Shown here in pieces: positions 35,607 to 49,385 of a DNA stretch of 64,000 nucleotides. Location: contig NC_083283.1 of NCBI RefSeq assembly GCF_963506605.1, positions 83,514,001 through 83,578,000 on the forward strand. Direction: 5' to 3'. This stretch comes from Zootoca vivipara (taxonomy: Eukaryota). The notes under the pieces were generated by a model. That model worked only from the letters and a program-made list of their open reading frames with translations. It was not told the origin of the DNA and ran no database searches. Position 1 is the first letter of the stretch; each line of letters starts with the position of its first letter. Both the position numbers and the translations under genes were made by a program.

Positions 35607-38030
35607 CTGGAACATATCCTGATTTTCCTCTGGATGACTTGGGACTCCTTCAGAATCATTGGCACTCCTTGGATTCACCTGAGTGTTAGGAGGCTCCACA
35701 GAGAAAACAGGAAATAGGGGCCTGAGAAACCGGAACTCGCTGTTCAGAGACCCACCAGCTAAGCACACTTCATAGTTGTAAGCCTGGGACAGAGATCCAG
35801 CACCAGGATCTGCAGAGTTCTCCTGGGAATCTGGTCCCACTGGGAAATTGGCTGCAGAGTTGTAGGTTCCTATGAACTTCTCACGTTTCTGCATCTTGAT
35901 TACAATAAATGCCACTACAGAAATGAGAAAGATGCTTGAGATGGCAGCCAAGCAGATGATCAAATACATAGTCAGGCTGGGGTCTTCCTCCTCCGCTGTT
36001 TCCTCCTTTGGGAGAGCCACACTTTTCAGATAAGGGTCAGAGAAGCCGTCCACTAGAAGGATTCTGAGCGTGGCAGAGGTGGACTGGGGAGGGTGGCCGT
36101 TGTCTTGGACAACCACAATCAGATTCTGCTTGAAGCTGTCTCGGTTACTGACTGGCCTCAGGGTGGTCACTTCTCCATTCTGGGCCCCCACCGTGAACAG
36201 ACCCGGTTCTGTGGCCTTCAGCAGCTGATAGGAAAGCCAAGAGTTCTGAGCAGAATCCCTGTCCACAGCCACCACCTTGGTGACCAGGTAGCCAGTCTCT
36301 GCCCCTCGGGGAACCAGGTCATTCGAGGGGGAAGTGCCATTCTGGAGAGGGTAGAGGATGAAGGGGGCATTGTCATTTTCATCCACAACCTGAACGTGGA
36401 TTGTAACTTCTGAGCTCAGTGGAGGGGAACCTGAATCCACAGCCCTCACCGCCACATGGAAATCTTTTACCTCCTCATAATCCAGAGACCGAATGGCATA
36501 CAGGTTCCCCGTTTCAGAGTTGATGGAGATGTAAGAGGAAGTGGGGCCATCATTGACCTTCCCAGGCAAAAGCGAGTAGGTCACTTTGGCATTCTGCGCT
36601 GTGTCCAGATCAACAGCATGGACAAAACCAATCAGAAGACCAGGAATATTGTTTTCTCTTAACTGCATTTCATAGGATGGCTTTTCAAACACTGGAGGGT
36701 TGTCATTGACATCTGAGATTTGAACATGAACTATTCTTGTGGAAGTGAGTCTGGGAGAGCCTCTGTCAGTGGCTGTGATAGTAATGTTATATTCACTGAC
36801 CTTTTCTCTGTCCAGTGGCTGTTGGGTCACCAGCTGGTAATAGTTGTTCTCTGTGGGTTTGAGCACAAATGGCAGGTTTACTTCAGTGGTGCAGGCAGTT
36901 CTGCCACTGTCTCCAGAGTCCACGTCTGTGACACTAAAGAGGGCCACCACTGTGTCTGGAGGAGAATCCTCAGGTAACGAACTGGTGATGGAAGTGATTG
37001 ATATCTCTGGAGCATTGTCATTCTCATCTTCAATGTCCACAATTACTTTGCAGTAAGCCGAAAGCCCCCCTCCATCTGTGGCTTTGATGTGCATCTCATA
37101 ACTGGTGATTTCTTCATAGTCAGTCATCCCTACAATTGTAAGTTCCCCAGTTTGTTTGTTTAACTTGAATGACCTCAACACATTTTCTGGAACTTCACTG
37201 AATGAATAAGTGAGGCGAGCATTGGTACCAAAATCCCTGTCAGTGGCTTCAACTTTTGCGACCAGTGTATCCAATGGGCTGTTTTCCATTAGTTTCACTT
37301 TGTACTCAGATTGTGGAAACTGAGGTACATTATCATTAGCGTCCAGAATATCGATGAGAAGCTGTGCTGTTCCAATTCTTTTTGGCATCCCACCATCAAT
37401 AGCTGACAGCGTAAGATACATTCGTGGGTTCACCTCACGGTCCAGCGGTTTCTCTAACACCAGTTCTGCGTATTTGCTACCATCACTTTGACTTTTCACA
37501 TTCAGCCTAAAATGTTCATTAGGACTAAGGGTGTAGTTCTGAACAGCATTTTCTCCTTTATCTGGATCTTCTGCTCTTTCCAAAGGAAATCTGATATCCA
37601 CAGGAGTCTGCTCAGGTATTTCAAGAAGGAATTGATTTTTAGAGAATTTGGGAGAATTATCATTCACATCCTCTATCTGAATTTCAATTCTGTGTAGCTG
37701 CAATGGCTTTTCCAGCACAATTTCAGACAGTAGAATACATGGTTCATTCTGACCACAAAGGGACTCTCGATCTATTTTATCCTTTACTGTCACATCCCCT
37801 GAATGAGGATCCAGCTGGAAATACTGTTTGGAGCCCTTAGAAACCAGCCGGGCTCTCCGAGCAGACAGCTCCTTTGCATCCACTCTTAAATCTTTTAGCA
37901 CATTTGCTACCAGAGACCCACTTTTCTCCTCCTCTGCCACTGAATAGCGGAAAGACTCACACATTGCTATGCATGCACAGAGATACAAGGAAAAAGACCA
38001 AACTTGCCTGATCTTGAGCTGCATTTCCAT
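35607..38030 (-). CDS. PCDHB: Protocadherin beta-like exon, subfamily A (A6)
   Basis: Intact ORF MEMQLKIRQV...; donor CAG|GTGAGA at 35607; the read-through stop (35532) lies inside the BovB tail. Confidence 0.93.
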
Positions 38031-38250
38031 TCTCCCAGCCTCTCCTCTTGTCTATTCTAAGGCTTGTATCTTCTTAACTGTATTTATCTTTTGAATGTGA
38101 CACAGTGTTCTGCTTATTCCTGCTGAAATTTCTGAAGCCTGGCATGCAGTAGGGATCTGGTGTTTTTCCTGCGCTGATTCCTTTGTCTAATGGCTACAGC
38201 TCTTGAGGAGAACAACTGCTGCTCCCCAATTTCCTTCTTTTATCTTGTGC

Positions 38251-38270
38251 AATACCACCACCTTGTGTTT
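38251..38270 (-). promoter_or_regulatory. CSE/CTCF-like site, A6 promoter
   Basis: AAACACAAGGTGGTGGTATT, ~220 bp upstream of the ATG. Confidence 0.7.
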
Positions 38271-39677
38271 CAACTATGTTATGGCGTTACAAAAACTAAA
38301 AGTTTTTCCAGAATAACAGCTGGTTAACATGAGCATCCATGTGGGACAACAGCCACCCCAATGGAACAGAAACCCCATATTCCCAGCTTGCTTGCTTGCT
38401 TTTTAGAACTTGTAGAACCTGAGATAGGAAACAAAATGTACGGACCCCAAGTCTTCCTATTTTTGTGAGATGTTACCTATTTCCTCCTTTAAGTGTTTTA
38501 CTTACCCCCTGCCCACCTGAAAAAAAAATCCTGCGCACAACCAATTGACAAAGATTACAATATTTCAGAAAGTACACACTTTCTTCACAAGTGTTATTTA
38601 CTAGGGGCTGTGATCGTTGTTCATTCTGCTTGACAATGCCCTTACATTTCCCCAACATTAACCCCCAAGAGCTTCCCCCTCTCAATGCAACTATTAAGCT
38701 TGCCTTTCACCTTCCAACTCAATTTCTGGAGTCACTCCTCTTCTGCAGTCCCAATTTGTAGCCAACTTTGTACTCCACTTTCTACTCCTTCACCCCATAT
38801 CTATGCCTCCCTCCTCCTTTTGTGCAACACCCCCTTCACACAAACCACTCCCATACTAAATTGCTACATCTTCTGCCAGCTACTGTACATCTTTTTCACC
38901 TTCTCTCCAATTATGAAGCCACCAACACAGGTGACAAGACACAATCTAACAGCAAAAAGCGAACACAACAGAGCTTTCCCAACCTCCTTCTCACTGTAGT
39001 CAGACCCTGGTTTAAACCACCACTTCCCCCACCTTCAGGGTCACGCCTGCTCAGGCTACTCAAACCTCTGCCGTTGTTTAAATTCACCACTTTCCCCCTC
39101 TCAGTTCTTCCCATCCCTGCTTTATCCAACTGTCTGATGTTGCATAAAACTAGGATTTTTCAGTGTCCCTCTATCCATGCTTTACTTAAACTGTTCTGTT
39201 GATTAAAACTGCCCCTGCTCCCCTTTTAGTTTTTCTCCTTTCTTGTTCCTGTGTCCTTGGCCATTGCTCTTGTGCAATCTGCCTTCTTACACCCAAGACT
39301 GAAGGGACCCAGTGTGTGATGTGTGTGTGTGTGTGACATGTTACATGTGACACATGTAGTGCGCGTGATGTCATGCAACTGGTGCACATTGTTTGGAGCC
39401 TAGTGTAGAGCAGCTTCAATAGCCGTCAGCGCTACCTCTCTCACACTCAGAAGGCGTCCGTGCCATGCTCAGCTCCACACTCAACTTCCTCGTCTCCTAA
39501 ACATTGAGGGTGCCTAGCCCATGTCTACAGATTTTGAGGGGGCAGAAGACACCTCGGCCCTATAGAATTGGCTGATGATCAGAAAAACCTTAAAATGTGA
39601 ACCGTATATGGGTTGTAGGATTCGTATCCAGCTAAGTCATTATTGGTGCACACCCACTTAAACCAATGATTTCTATG

Positions 39678-39941
39678 TTTCCGGTCTGCTGCCAGCGCCG
39701 TCCGGCTGCGTTTGCCTCGAGCTCCGAGGCATTCGGCGCCGCGAGGGGGGGGAAGCCGCGAAAAGTGACGCGGCTACCCGTAAGAGCCTCATATTGAGCT
39801 TTATGAGGACGAATATGCTCGGCGGTGCCCTAATTTGGACTTTTTTTCTTTGCATTTTTTGTATTTTGTATCTTTGTGTCTTGTATTTCTGTATGTGTGT
39901 TTGAAAACCTTCAATAAATATATTTTAAGAAATAAATAAAT
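39678..39941 (+). mobile_element. Short retroposed element (GC-rich head, AT-rich AATAAA/A tail), probably LINE-mobilised
   Basis: Perfect 14-bp TSD caatgatttctatg (39664..39677, 39942..39955); ends caataaatatattttaagaaataaataaa. Confidence 0.75.
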
Positions 39942-40102
39942 CAATGATTTCTATGAGTTTACTCTGAGTATGACATAGTTGAAAACAAGCCTTGGGACTT
40001 CAATCCTGCTCTCAGAATTATTATGTTTTACATTTCTTCAGGCTACTGCAACCTTCCCAATGTGTAGTCTCCACCCCATTACCATTTATACATCATATCT
40101 TG

Positions 40103-40579
40103 GAAACTACAACTAATCCAGGATGCGGCAGCTAGACTGGTGGCTGGGGGTGGCCGCCGGGATTGTATAACTCCGGTCTTAAAGGATCTTCACTGGCTCC
40201 CAGTGCATTTCCAAGCACAATTCAAAGTGTTGGTGCTTAAATGGTGCTGGTCTTAAATGGCTTTGGCCCAGTATACTTGAAGGAGCATCTCCTCCCCCAT
40301 TGCTTAGCCTGGACACAGAGGTCCTCCTCTGAGGGTCTTCTGCTGGTTCCCTCACTGCGAGAATTGAAGTTACAGGGAACGAAGCAGAGGGCCTGCTTGA
40401 CAGTGGCACCCTCCCTGGGGAATGCCCTCCCTTCAGATGTCAAGGAGACAACTTTTAGAAGACATCTGAAGGCAGCCCTGTTTTAGGAAGTTTTTAATGT
40501 TTGATATTATGTTTTCATATATGCTGTAAGCTGCCCAGAGTGGTTTTGGGAAACCCAGATGGGTGGATGGGGCATTATT

Positions 40580-40615
<36 letters not shown>

Positions 40616-40618
40616 TTT
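40103..40618 (+). mobile_element. L2-type LINE 3' end with (ATTT)n tail
   Basis: Remnants KLQLIQ.AAARL and ITPVLKDLHWLPV, typical of the L2 ORF2 end; microsatellite tail 40574..40618. Confidence 0.85.
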
Positions 40619-41682
40619 CTGTTTAAGAGGTAAAGAGAGGCTTGGAATGAAGTAGAATTCCCAGTCGCAATGTATACTTTAGAGAGTGAGAGTAATTTTT
40701 ACTAATGGAATTGGGTTCCATGTTCATACAAGTTGGAGCCCATAACAAAATGCAAACTGCTGCATGGATTAGTAAAGCAGTTTAGTGCCCCCCCAAAAAA
40801 CCCTTACTTCCCTTCCCCATGCAACATTCTTTCTCCTTGGCTTCATCTGCCACACTCCTGGCTGTGGCTCCCATTTCTCTTTTTCCATTTTCTCTGTTGC
40901 TTGTTCCACCATTTCTGAAGATCCGTCCCTTGTATGAATGCAAAATAGAAAATAGAACACACTGCCAAGTTTCCAGCCAATTCATTGAACCCTTTCTGAA
41001 CTATGAGTCATGAAACTTATTGCCCACACTCATTTCTCATCATAATGGTGGGAGATAATTCAGCAAAATCATCCATAGCCAAAGTGCCATAGCTATTACC
41101 CTATAGTGTAAATCTTTCTCATCTCCTCTGGTCCCCATTCTTTTAACATACGCACACGCTTAACTGTACTTTTCCAATTTACTCTCTTTACCTGACATTC
41201 ACTCTTACTCCACCCAACATTCTATTCAGTCCTCCTCTGCTTTACTTTTTCTCATAGCAGGCACACACTGAGCATGTGTGGGAGACACCCTTATGAAATC
41301 CCATTGACTAACATGGGCCATAAAATGCATTTTAATAACAACTACAAATATGTTACACTGCTTTCAAGCACATGATAGACTTTCCCTTTGACCTATCACA
41401 AAAAAACCATTTTCCAAAATGGTCAACAGCCCATGAACAATCATAGAACTATTCTGGGGAGTGCAGGTCCCAGCAAAGCCTATGGAAGAAAAACACACAG
41501 CACCTATCAACGTGTCATTCAAGTCCTTGTCAAACATGTATTTTCTTAAATGTGAGCCATTTCTTATCTTTTCCATCCCAACTGTAGCACAGACTTTCCT
41601 CAAACATATATTTCCTACACTTCCAAGTTTCTCTAAGGGCATTTTCAAATTAAACACTGTAGGACCTACTCCTTGTATCAAA

Positions 41683-41862
41683 GGGTCATGGCTCAGTGGT
41701 AGACCATCAGCTTTGCAGTAAGTCCCAGGTTCAATCCCTTGCGTCCTTAGGTAGGTCGGCAGAGATCCCTGCCTGAAATCCTGGGAGCAGCTGTCAGTCA
41801 ATGTAGACAATACTGAGATAGAGCACAATTCGTCTGCATCAGTACAAGGCTGCTTACTATGT
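41683..41862 (+). mobile_element. tRNA-derived SINE (Squam3-like)
   Basis: tRNA-like head with A box (ggctcagtggtag) and B box (ggttcaatcc), body cctgcctgaaatcctgg...gtcaatgtagacaatactgag; degraded paralogous copy at ~54352..54487. Confidence 0.8.
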
Positions 41863-42505
41863 TAATTCTTATTGTCATCCCACAGCCCCTATTTATTATT
41901 ATAATGACAGACTGTGATTCAGCCAGCTAACCCTCAACATATCATCAGTTCAAATGGCAAAAGAGAACACAACGAGAGTCCAGGTTTTGTTAGTTTAAAA
42001 TGAAAGTTGTTTTTAAATCCTGGGTCAATAAAAACCTCTGAATCCAGCACCAAAAATACCATAAAGATGGGAGGCCACTCCACAGATGGGATGCAACCAC
42101 CAAGAGGCACTATAAACAATTTACATAAGCGGGAAGTCCATCTCATACAGAGGCTCTGTGTGCATGTAACTAGGTTTTAAAGCTGTCAGTGACACTTTAG
42201 GGGTATATTCTAGTACACAGAACTCTATATGCAGCAACTGTGACTAGTACATAACATTTTGAGCTAAGTTTAATACAGAGTAGACCGAAAAATAAGGCAA
42301 TAACATGAAGAAGAATAAGATGTAGAGTAAGAAGGAAGTAAGAAGGAAACAATTCTGACATAGATTTGAAATAAAATTGAAGCCCTATCTCTCTAGTCAC
42401 TGTATATCATATCAACAAAGAATGGAAGATGAACATCTGATGTTATTAATTACCAAGCAAAATGCATTCTTAATCACAAGTTAACTCACTGACGTAATCC
42501 CTCAC

Positions 42506-44926
42506 CTTTTTTCCTGATTCTTCCATCCCCACCTGGTCAGAAATATCTTGGGAAGCAGAAGGAGGGGTCTGGTTCACATTGAGGTTTGGGTCTCCCACAG
42601 AAAAAACAGGAATGAGGGGCCTGAGGAACCTGAACTCGCTGCTTAAGGACCCACCGGTTAAGCAAACATCGTAGTGGTAACTCCTGGAAAGCGACCCACT
42701 CTGAGAATCCCCACAGTTCTCTGGGATGTCGGGTCTGGCAGGTGGGAAGTGAGGAGGGGCAGCAATAAAACTTTCCCTGGGATCCCTCCTGCAGATCTTG
42801 AGAGCAGCAAAGGAAACAATGCAAACAAGGAACACGAAGGAGACTGCAGCCAGGCAGATCACCAAATACAAGGTCAAGCTCCCATCTTCTTCATGTTGGT
42901 CTTTACTAATCTCCACAGCCTTCATATAAGGATCCGAAAAGCCACCCACGGGAAGGACATGGAGCATTGCAGTGCTGCTCTGGGGAGGGAGCCCGTTGTC
43001 CCTGACCACTATCATGAGTCTCTGCTTGCTGGTGTCTCGCTCGGTCAGGGCTCTCCTGGTTCTCACTTCCCCATTCTGGGCTCCTATGCTGAAAAGACCA
43101 GGGTCTGTGGCCTTCAGCAGCTCATAGGAAAGCCACGAGTTCTGGCCAGAATCTCCGTCCACAGCCACCACCTTGGTGACCAGGTAGCCAGACTCCACCG
43201 ACTTGGGGACCAGCTCGTTGCAGGGGGATGTGCTGTTCTGGAGCGGGTAGAGGAAGAAGGGAGCGTTGTCGTTTTCGTCTATGATTACGACTCGGACAGT
43301 AACTTCTGAGCTGAGGGGAGGAGACCCTCCATCTGTAGCCCTCACTGTCACTTTGAAATCTTTGATCTGCTCATAATCCAGAGATCGGAGGGCATACAGA
43401 TTTCCACTTTCAGAGTTGACTGAGATGTAAGAGGCCACAAGGCCATCAGTGACCTTCCCGGGCAAAAGGGAGTAGGTGATCTTGGCATTCTTCTCAGTGT
43501 CCAGATCAGCAGCATGGACTGAGCCAATGAGCAATCCTGGAATATTGTTTTCCCGTATCTGCATTTCCCATGAAGACTTTTCAAATACTGGAGGGTTGTC
43601 ATTGACATCTGAGATTTGAACGTTAATAATTCTTGTGGAAGTGAGCCTGGGGGAGCCCTGGTCCACGGCTGTAATGGTGATATTATACTCTGAGGCCTTC
43701 TCTCTGTCCAAGGGACTTTGGACCACAAGCTGGTAGTAGTTATTCATAGTGGGTTTTAATATAAAGGGAAGGTTTACTTCCACAGAGCACATGGTTCTGC
43801 CATTGTCTCCGGAGTCCCCGTCTGTGACGGTGAAGAGGGCAACAAGGGTCTCCAGGGGAGAATCTTCTGCCAAAGGACTAGTGATGGATATGATGGACAC
43901 TTCAGGGACATTGTCATTCACATCCTCAATCTCTACCAGGACCTTGCAATGCCCCAAAAGACCCCCTGCATCTGTTGCTCTGATGTTCATGCTGTAGCTG
44001 GTTTCTTTTTCATAATCAAGCTGACCAGAAAGGGTGATTTCCCCCGTGACTTCATTTAGGTGGAACAGATCGTAAATTTCTGCAGGCACTCTGTAGAATG
44101 AGTAGACAATTTGTGCATTTGAACCAAAATCCAAATCTGTAGCTTCCACTTTGGAAATCAGGGTGTCTCGAGGACTGTTTTCCTTTAACCTTATTTTATA
44201 TTCAGTCTGTGTAAACTGTGGGGAATTATCATTATTGTCAAGAACATCAATATTTATTTTAACTGTGCCTGTTCTCTGTGGCTCCCCTCCATCCACAGCA
44301 GTGAGAGTCAGTTCAAAGTGTGGCTCCTTCTCCCTGTCCAGTGGCTTCTTCAGAACAAGATCGACATACTTGTTTCCATCCTCATCACTTTTAACATCAA
44401 GCCGGAAATGTTCATTGGGACTGAGTGTGTAGTTTTGGATGTTATTTCTCCCCAGGTCCGCATCTTGGGCAGATTCCAAGGGGAAATGTGTATTTGGTGA
44501 GAAATTTTCAGGAATTTCCAGATCAAATACCTTTTTAGAGAATTTGGGGACATTATCATTTACGTCTTCTATCTTGATTTCAATACTGAAGATCTTCAAG
44601 GGATTTTGCAACACAATTTCAGACTGTAATAAGCAAGGATCACTCTGGCCACATAATGTTTCTCGGTCTGTTTTATCATCTATCAATAAATTCCCCGAGT
44701 GGGTATCAAGGTGAAAATATTGCTTACTGTTCTTAGAAACAAGCTGGGCTCTGCGAACAGAGAGCTCCCCTTTTCCCAGTTTCAAATCCTCCAGCACATT
44801 AGCCACCAAAGACCCCCTTTTCTTTTCTTCGGGCACAGAATAGTGAAGTGAAATACTTAGTGCTCCAGGAAGACAAAGGAAAAGCAAAAAATACAGACCT
44901 TGTTCCTTTCTGTAGCCGTCTCCCAT
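42506..44926 (-). CDS. PCDHB: Protocadherin beta-like exon, subfamily B (B7)
   Basis: Intact ORF MGDGYRKEQG...; donor AAG|GTGAGG at 42506; read-through stop at 42470. Confidence 0.93.
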
Positions 44927-45150
44927 GGCTCAAGAATCTCTGGCCAAAATACGAAGCTTCTGACAGTCACCCAATGATAATCTCTGCTGCTGTAGAAATG
45001 AATTTGATGCTGCAGTGTTGACGGCTTTGCTGTGCTGTATGTTATCTCTTTATCACAAATGGAAGTCAACCGTCCTTTGTTTCAGCCACCTTTGTTTGTG
45101 CTCATGGCTTCCTTCACAAAATTCTGAATTCCAGTTCATGTCTTTGCCTA

Positions 45151-45170
45151 TACTACCACCGTGTGGCTGA
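45151..45170 (-). promoter_or_regulatory. CSE/CTCF-like site, B7 promoter
   Basis: TCAGCCACACGGTGGTAGTA, ~225 bp upstream of the ATG. Confidence 0.65.
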
Positions 45171-45570
45171 GCAAAGAAAAATCACTAAGATTCTGCAAAT
45201 CACACTGAATGCAGTGCACATTATACTGAACAGGAAAGGTTCAGATTTACTATTTCTCTATTAACAGAAAACTGTTTTATTACTAAGAAGATGTCTCTTT
45301 TCCATATCAATGAATGTAGATATCACAAACCTTCTGTGGTTGTTCTACACTGTTGTGAATGGGATTCAATCTCATACTGGGAAATTCAAGATGCACAGTA
45401 CATATGGTGCTCTTGTGGAACAATCCCCCCCATCAAACATTTTGAAATAGTGAAAGTGACAGGAAAATACCTTGGAAAGTGTAAGATTACTTTTGCTTGA
45501 CCCAAGTGCTATATGGCCTGCACACAGAGAATGTAGCAGACTATTAATATCTACCTAAGTATTAGGATAA

Positions 45571-45917
45571 GGAACCCAGGTGGCGCTGTGGGTTAAACCA
45601 CAGAGTCTAGGGCTTGCTGATCAGAAGGTCGGCGGTTCGAATCCCTGCAACGGGGTGAGCTCCCGTTGCTCGGTCCCAGCTCCTGCCAACCTAGCAGTTT
45701 GAAAGCACATCAAAGTGCAAGTAGATAAATAGGGACCGCTCCGGCAGGAAGGTAAACGGTGTTTCCGTGCGCTGCTCTGGTTCGCCAGAAGCAGCTTTGT
45801 CATGCTGGACACATGACCCGGAAGTGTCTGCGGACAAACGCCGGCTCCCTCAGCCTATAGAGCGAGATGAGCGCTGCAACCCCTGATGGTCAGCGGCCCC
45901 TTTACCTTTACCTTTAC
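45571..45917 (+). mobile_element. Sauria SINE (lacertid type)
   Basis: tRNA-like head GGTGGCGCTGTGGGTTAAACCACAGAG...GGCGGTTCGAATCC, (TTTACC)n tail, 12-bp TSD gtattaggataa (45559..45570, 45918..45929); empty paralogous site at ~58305..58316. Confidence 0.92.
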
Positions 45918-46269
45918 GTATTAGGATAATAACACTGTATCAATTTATATACACAGCTTTGTTCTTTTTTCCTCAGTACTCCCCTTCCCCTTTATTTCTT
46001 TTTTTAAAAATAGTAGTAAGAATGGATGTTCAATAAACAGGTCATCTGGAAGCAACCTGCTTCTCAGCTTTTGTGTAATACTGTACTTCCTCTTCCCATA
46101 CAGAGTGTTTAAAGAGGTTATGAAGTTATTCTATAGCACATCAAACCACAAAATATTAATATGACAATTTATATCCCTCTCTGCAAGGAAAGATACAACA
46201 ATAACAGAATACAAGGAAACAGGGAAAACTGAACAGGAAAGAAATGGGAAGAATTTCAAGCTCTGAGTA

Positions 46270-46905
46270 TGTTGGCTAAGATTTATAAAACATAATCAGA
46301 TACATGTTGGAAGTGTAAAGAAATGGAGGGAATATTTTTCACATGTGGTGGACATGTAAAAAGGTAAAAGTATATGGGGAAATGATTGATAAAAAAATGG
46401 GGGGGAATTAAAATTACTTCCCCCCCCCCAAAAAAACAACAACCCAGAGTCCTTTTCATTGGGAAAGACCCAAACTGAAATTCCTAGGTGTCAGAAAAGG
46501 TTATTTATGTACGCAACAATTAGGGCCCATGTTTTCTTAGCCCCAAAATGGAGCAAGGTCCCAACTAAAGAGGATCAGCAACTCAAGTTGACAGAATATG
46601 CAGAACATGCAGATTTAACACATAGAATAGGGGAGCAAGAGGAACATACAATTAAAGAAGAGTGGAAAACTTTGATTGAAAATATGAAAAATGACTGCAT
46701 ACAGCTGAAAAAATGCTGGCAGCACTAAGATAAATTCAATAGAGAAAATAATTTTTGATGGAGGTAAAAGTGGAAAATGTATTTGAATGTTTATAGTAAA
46801 ACAGGGATGTATGATTTCAAAAATGAATCATAGAAGGAAAAGAAGTCATTTGATATTTTAAATGTTTATTTGCAAATGTAAAATAGAAAATTTAATAAAA
46901 AATGA
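46270..46905 (+). mobile_element. L1/Tx1-like LINE 3' fragment
   Basis: CWKCK.MEG.FFHMWWTC remnant and ORF 46459..46728 are similar to the 8818..9342 protein; A-rich end abuts the A8 intron start. Confidence 0.75.
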
Positions 46906-46961
46906 TTACCAAACTAGAGAGAGAAATATTTGAAATTAGACCATTCAAATGCTTCACTCAC

Positions 46962-49385
46962 CTGAACCACATGTTGACTTTCACCTGCATGACTTGGGAT
47001 TCCTTCAGAATCATTGGAACCCCTTGGATTCACCTGAGTGTTAGGAGGCTCCACAGAGAAGACAGGAAATAGGGGCCTGAGAAACCGGAACTCGCTGTTC
47101 AGAGACCCACCAGCTAAGCACACCTCATAGTTGTAAGCCTGGGACAGAGATCCAGCACCAGGATCTGCAGAGTTCTCCTGGGAATCTGGTCCCACTGGGA
47201 AATTGGCTGCAGAGTTGTAGGTTCCTATGAACTTTTCACGTTTCTGCAACTTGATTACAACAAACGCCACTACAGAAATGAGAAAAATACTTGAGATGGC
47301 AGCCAAGCAGATGATCAAATACATAGTCAGGCTGGGGTCTTCCTCCTCCGCTGTTTCCTCCTTTGGGAGAGCCACACTTTTCAGATAAGGGTCAGAGAAG
47401 CCGTCCACTAGAAGGATTCTGAGCGTGGCAGAGGTGGACTGGGGAGGATGTCCATTGTCTCGGACGACCACAACCAGATTCTGCTTGAAGCTGTCTCGGT
47501 TACTGACTGGCCTCAGGGTGGTCACTTCTCCATTCTGGGCCCCCACCGTGAACAGACCCGGTTCTGTGGCCTTCAGCAGCTGATAGGAAAGCCAAGAGTT
47601 CTGAGCAGAATCCCTGTCCACAGCCACCACCTTGGTGACCAGGTAGCCAGTCTCTGCCCCTCGGGGAACCAGGTCATTCGAGGGGGAAGTGCCATTCTGG
47701 AGAGGGTAGAGGATGAAGGGGGCATTGTCATTTTCATCCACGACCTGAACACAAACCGTAACTTCTGAGCTCAGTGGAGGGGAACCTGAATCCACAGCCC
47801 TCACCGTCACATGGAAATCTCTTACCTCCTCATAATCCAGAGACCGAATGGCATACAGGTTCCCCGTTTCAGAGTTGATGGAGATGTAAGAGGATGTGGG
47901 GCCATCATTGACCTTCCCAGGCAAAAGCGAGTAGGTCACTTTGGCATTCTGCGCTGTGTCCAGATCAACAGCATGGATGAAACCGATCAGAAGACCAGGA
48001 ATATTGTTTTCTCTTAACTGCATTTCATAGAATGGCTTTTCAAACACTGGAGGGTTGTCATTGACATCTGAGATTTGAACATGAAGTATTCTTGTGGAAG
48101 TGAGTCTGGGGGAGCCTCTGTCCGTGGCTGTGATAGTAATGTTATATTCACTGACTTTTTCTCTGTCCAGTGGCTGTTGGGTCACCAGCTGGTAATAGTT
48201 GTTCTCTGTGGGTTTGAGCACAAATGGCAGGTTTACTTCAGTGGTGCAGGCAGTTCTGCCACTTTCTCCAGAGTCCACGTCTGTGACACTAAAGAGGGCC
48301 ACCACTGTGTCTGGGGGAGAATCCTCAGGTAACGAACTGGTGATGGAAGTGATTGATATCTCTGGAGCATTGTCATTCTCATCTTCAATGTCCACAATTA
48401 CTTTGCAGTAAGCTGAAAGCCCCCCTCCATCTGTGGCTTTGATGTGCATCTCATAACTGGTGATTTCTTCATAGTCAGTCATCCCTACAATTGTAAGTTC
48501 CCCAGTTTTTTTGTTTAACTTGAATGACCTCAACACATTTTCTGGAACTTCACTGAATGAATAAGTGAGGCGAGCATTGGTACCAAAATCCCTGTCAGTG
48601 GCTTCAACTTTTGCGACCAGTGTATCCAATGGGCTGTTTTCCATTAGTTTCACTTTGTACTCAGATTGTGGAAACTGAGGTACATTATCATTAGCATCCA
48701 GAATATCGATGAGAAGCTGTGCTGTTCCAGTTCTTTTGGGGATCCCCCCATCGATAGCTGACAGCGTAAGATACATGTGTGGATTCACCTCACGGTCCAG
48801 CGATTTCTCTAACACCAGTTCTGCGTATTTGCTACCATCACTTTGACTTTTCAAATTCAGCCTAAAATGTTCATTTGGACTAAGGGTGTAGTTCTGAACA
48901 GCATTTTCTCCTTTGTCTGAGTCTTGAGCTTTCTCCAAAGGAAATCGGGTATTTGTTGGGATTTGCTCTGATATTTCAAGAAGGAATTGGTTTTTAGAGA
49001 ATTTTGGGGAATTATCATTCACATCCTCTATCTGAATTTCAATTCTGTGTAGCTGCAATGGCTTTTCCAGCACAATTTCAGACAGTAGAATACATGGTTC
49101 ATTCTGACCACACAGGGACTCTCGATCTATTTTATCCTTTACTGTCACATCCCCTGAACGAGGATCCAGCTGGAAATACTGCTTGGAGCTCTTAGAAACC
49201 ATCCGGGCTCTCCGAGCAGACAGCTCCTTTGCATCCACTCTCAAATCTTTTAGCACATTCGCTACCAGAGACCCACTTTTCTCCTCCTCTGCCACTGAAT
49301 AGCGGAAAGACTCACACATTGCTATGCATGCACAGAGATACAGGGAAAAAGACCAAACTTGCCTGATCTTGAGCTGCATTTCCAT
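46962..49385 (-). CDS. PCDHB: Protocadherin beta-like exon, subfamily A (A8)
   Basis: ATG of MEMQLK at 49385 (an in-frame upstream ATG exists at 49418); donor CAG|GTGAGT at 46962; read-through stop at 46914. Confidence 0.93.

Noticed and set aside
41683-41745. tRNA gene
   Set aside because: Degenerate cloverleaf continuous with a SINE body; it is a tRNA-derived SINE head.
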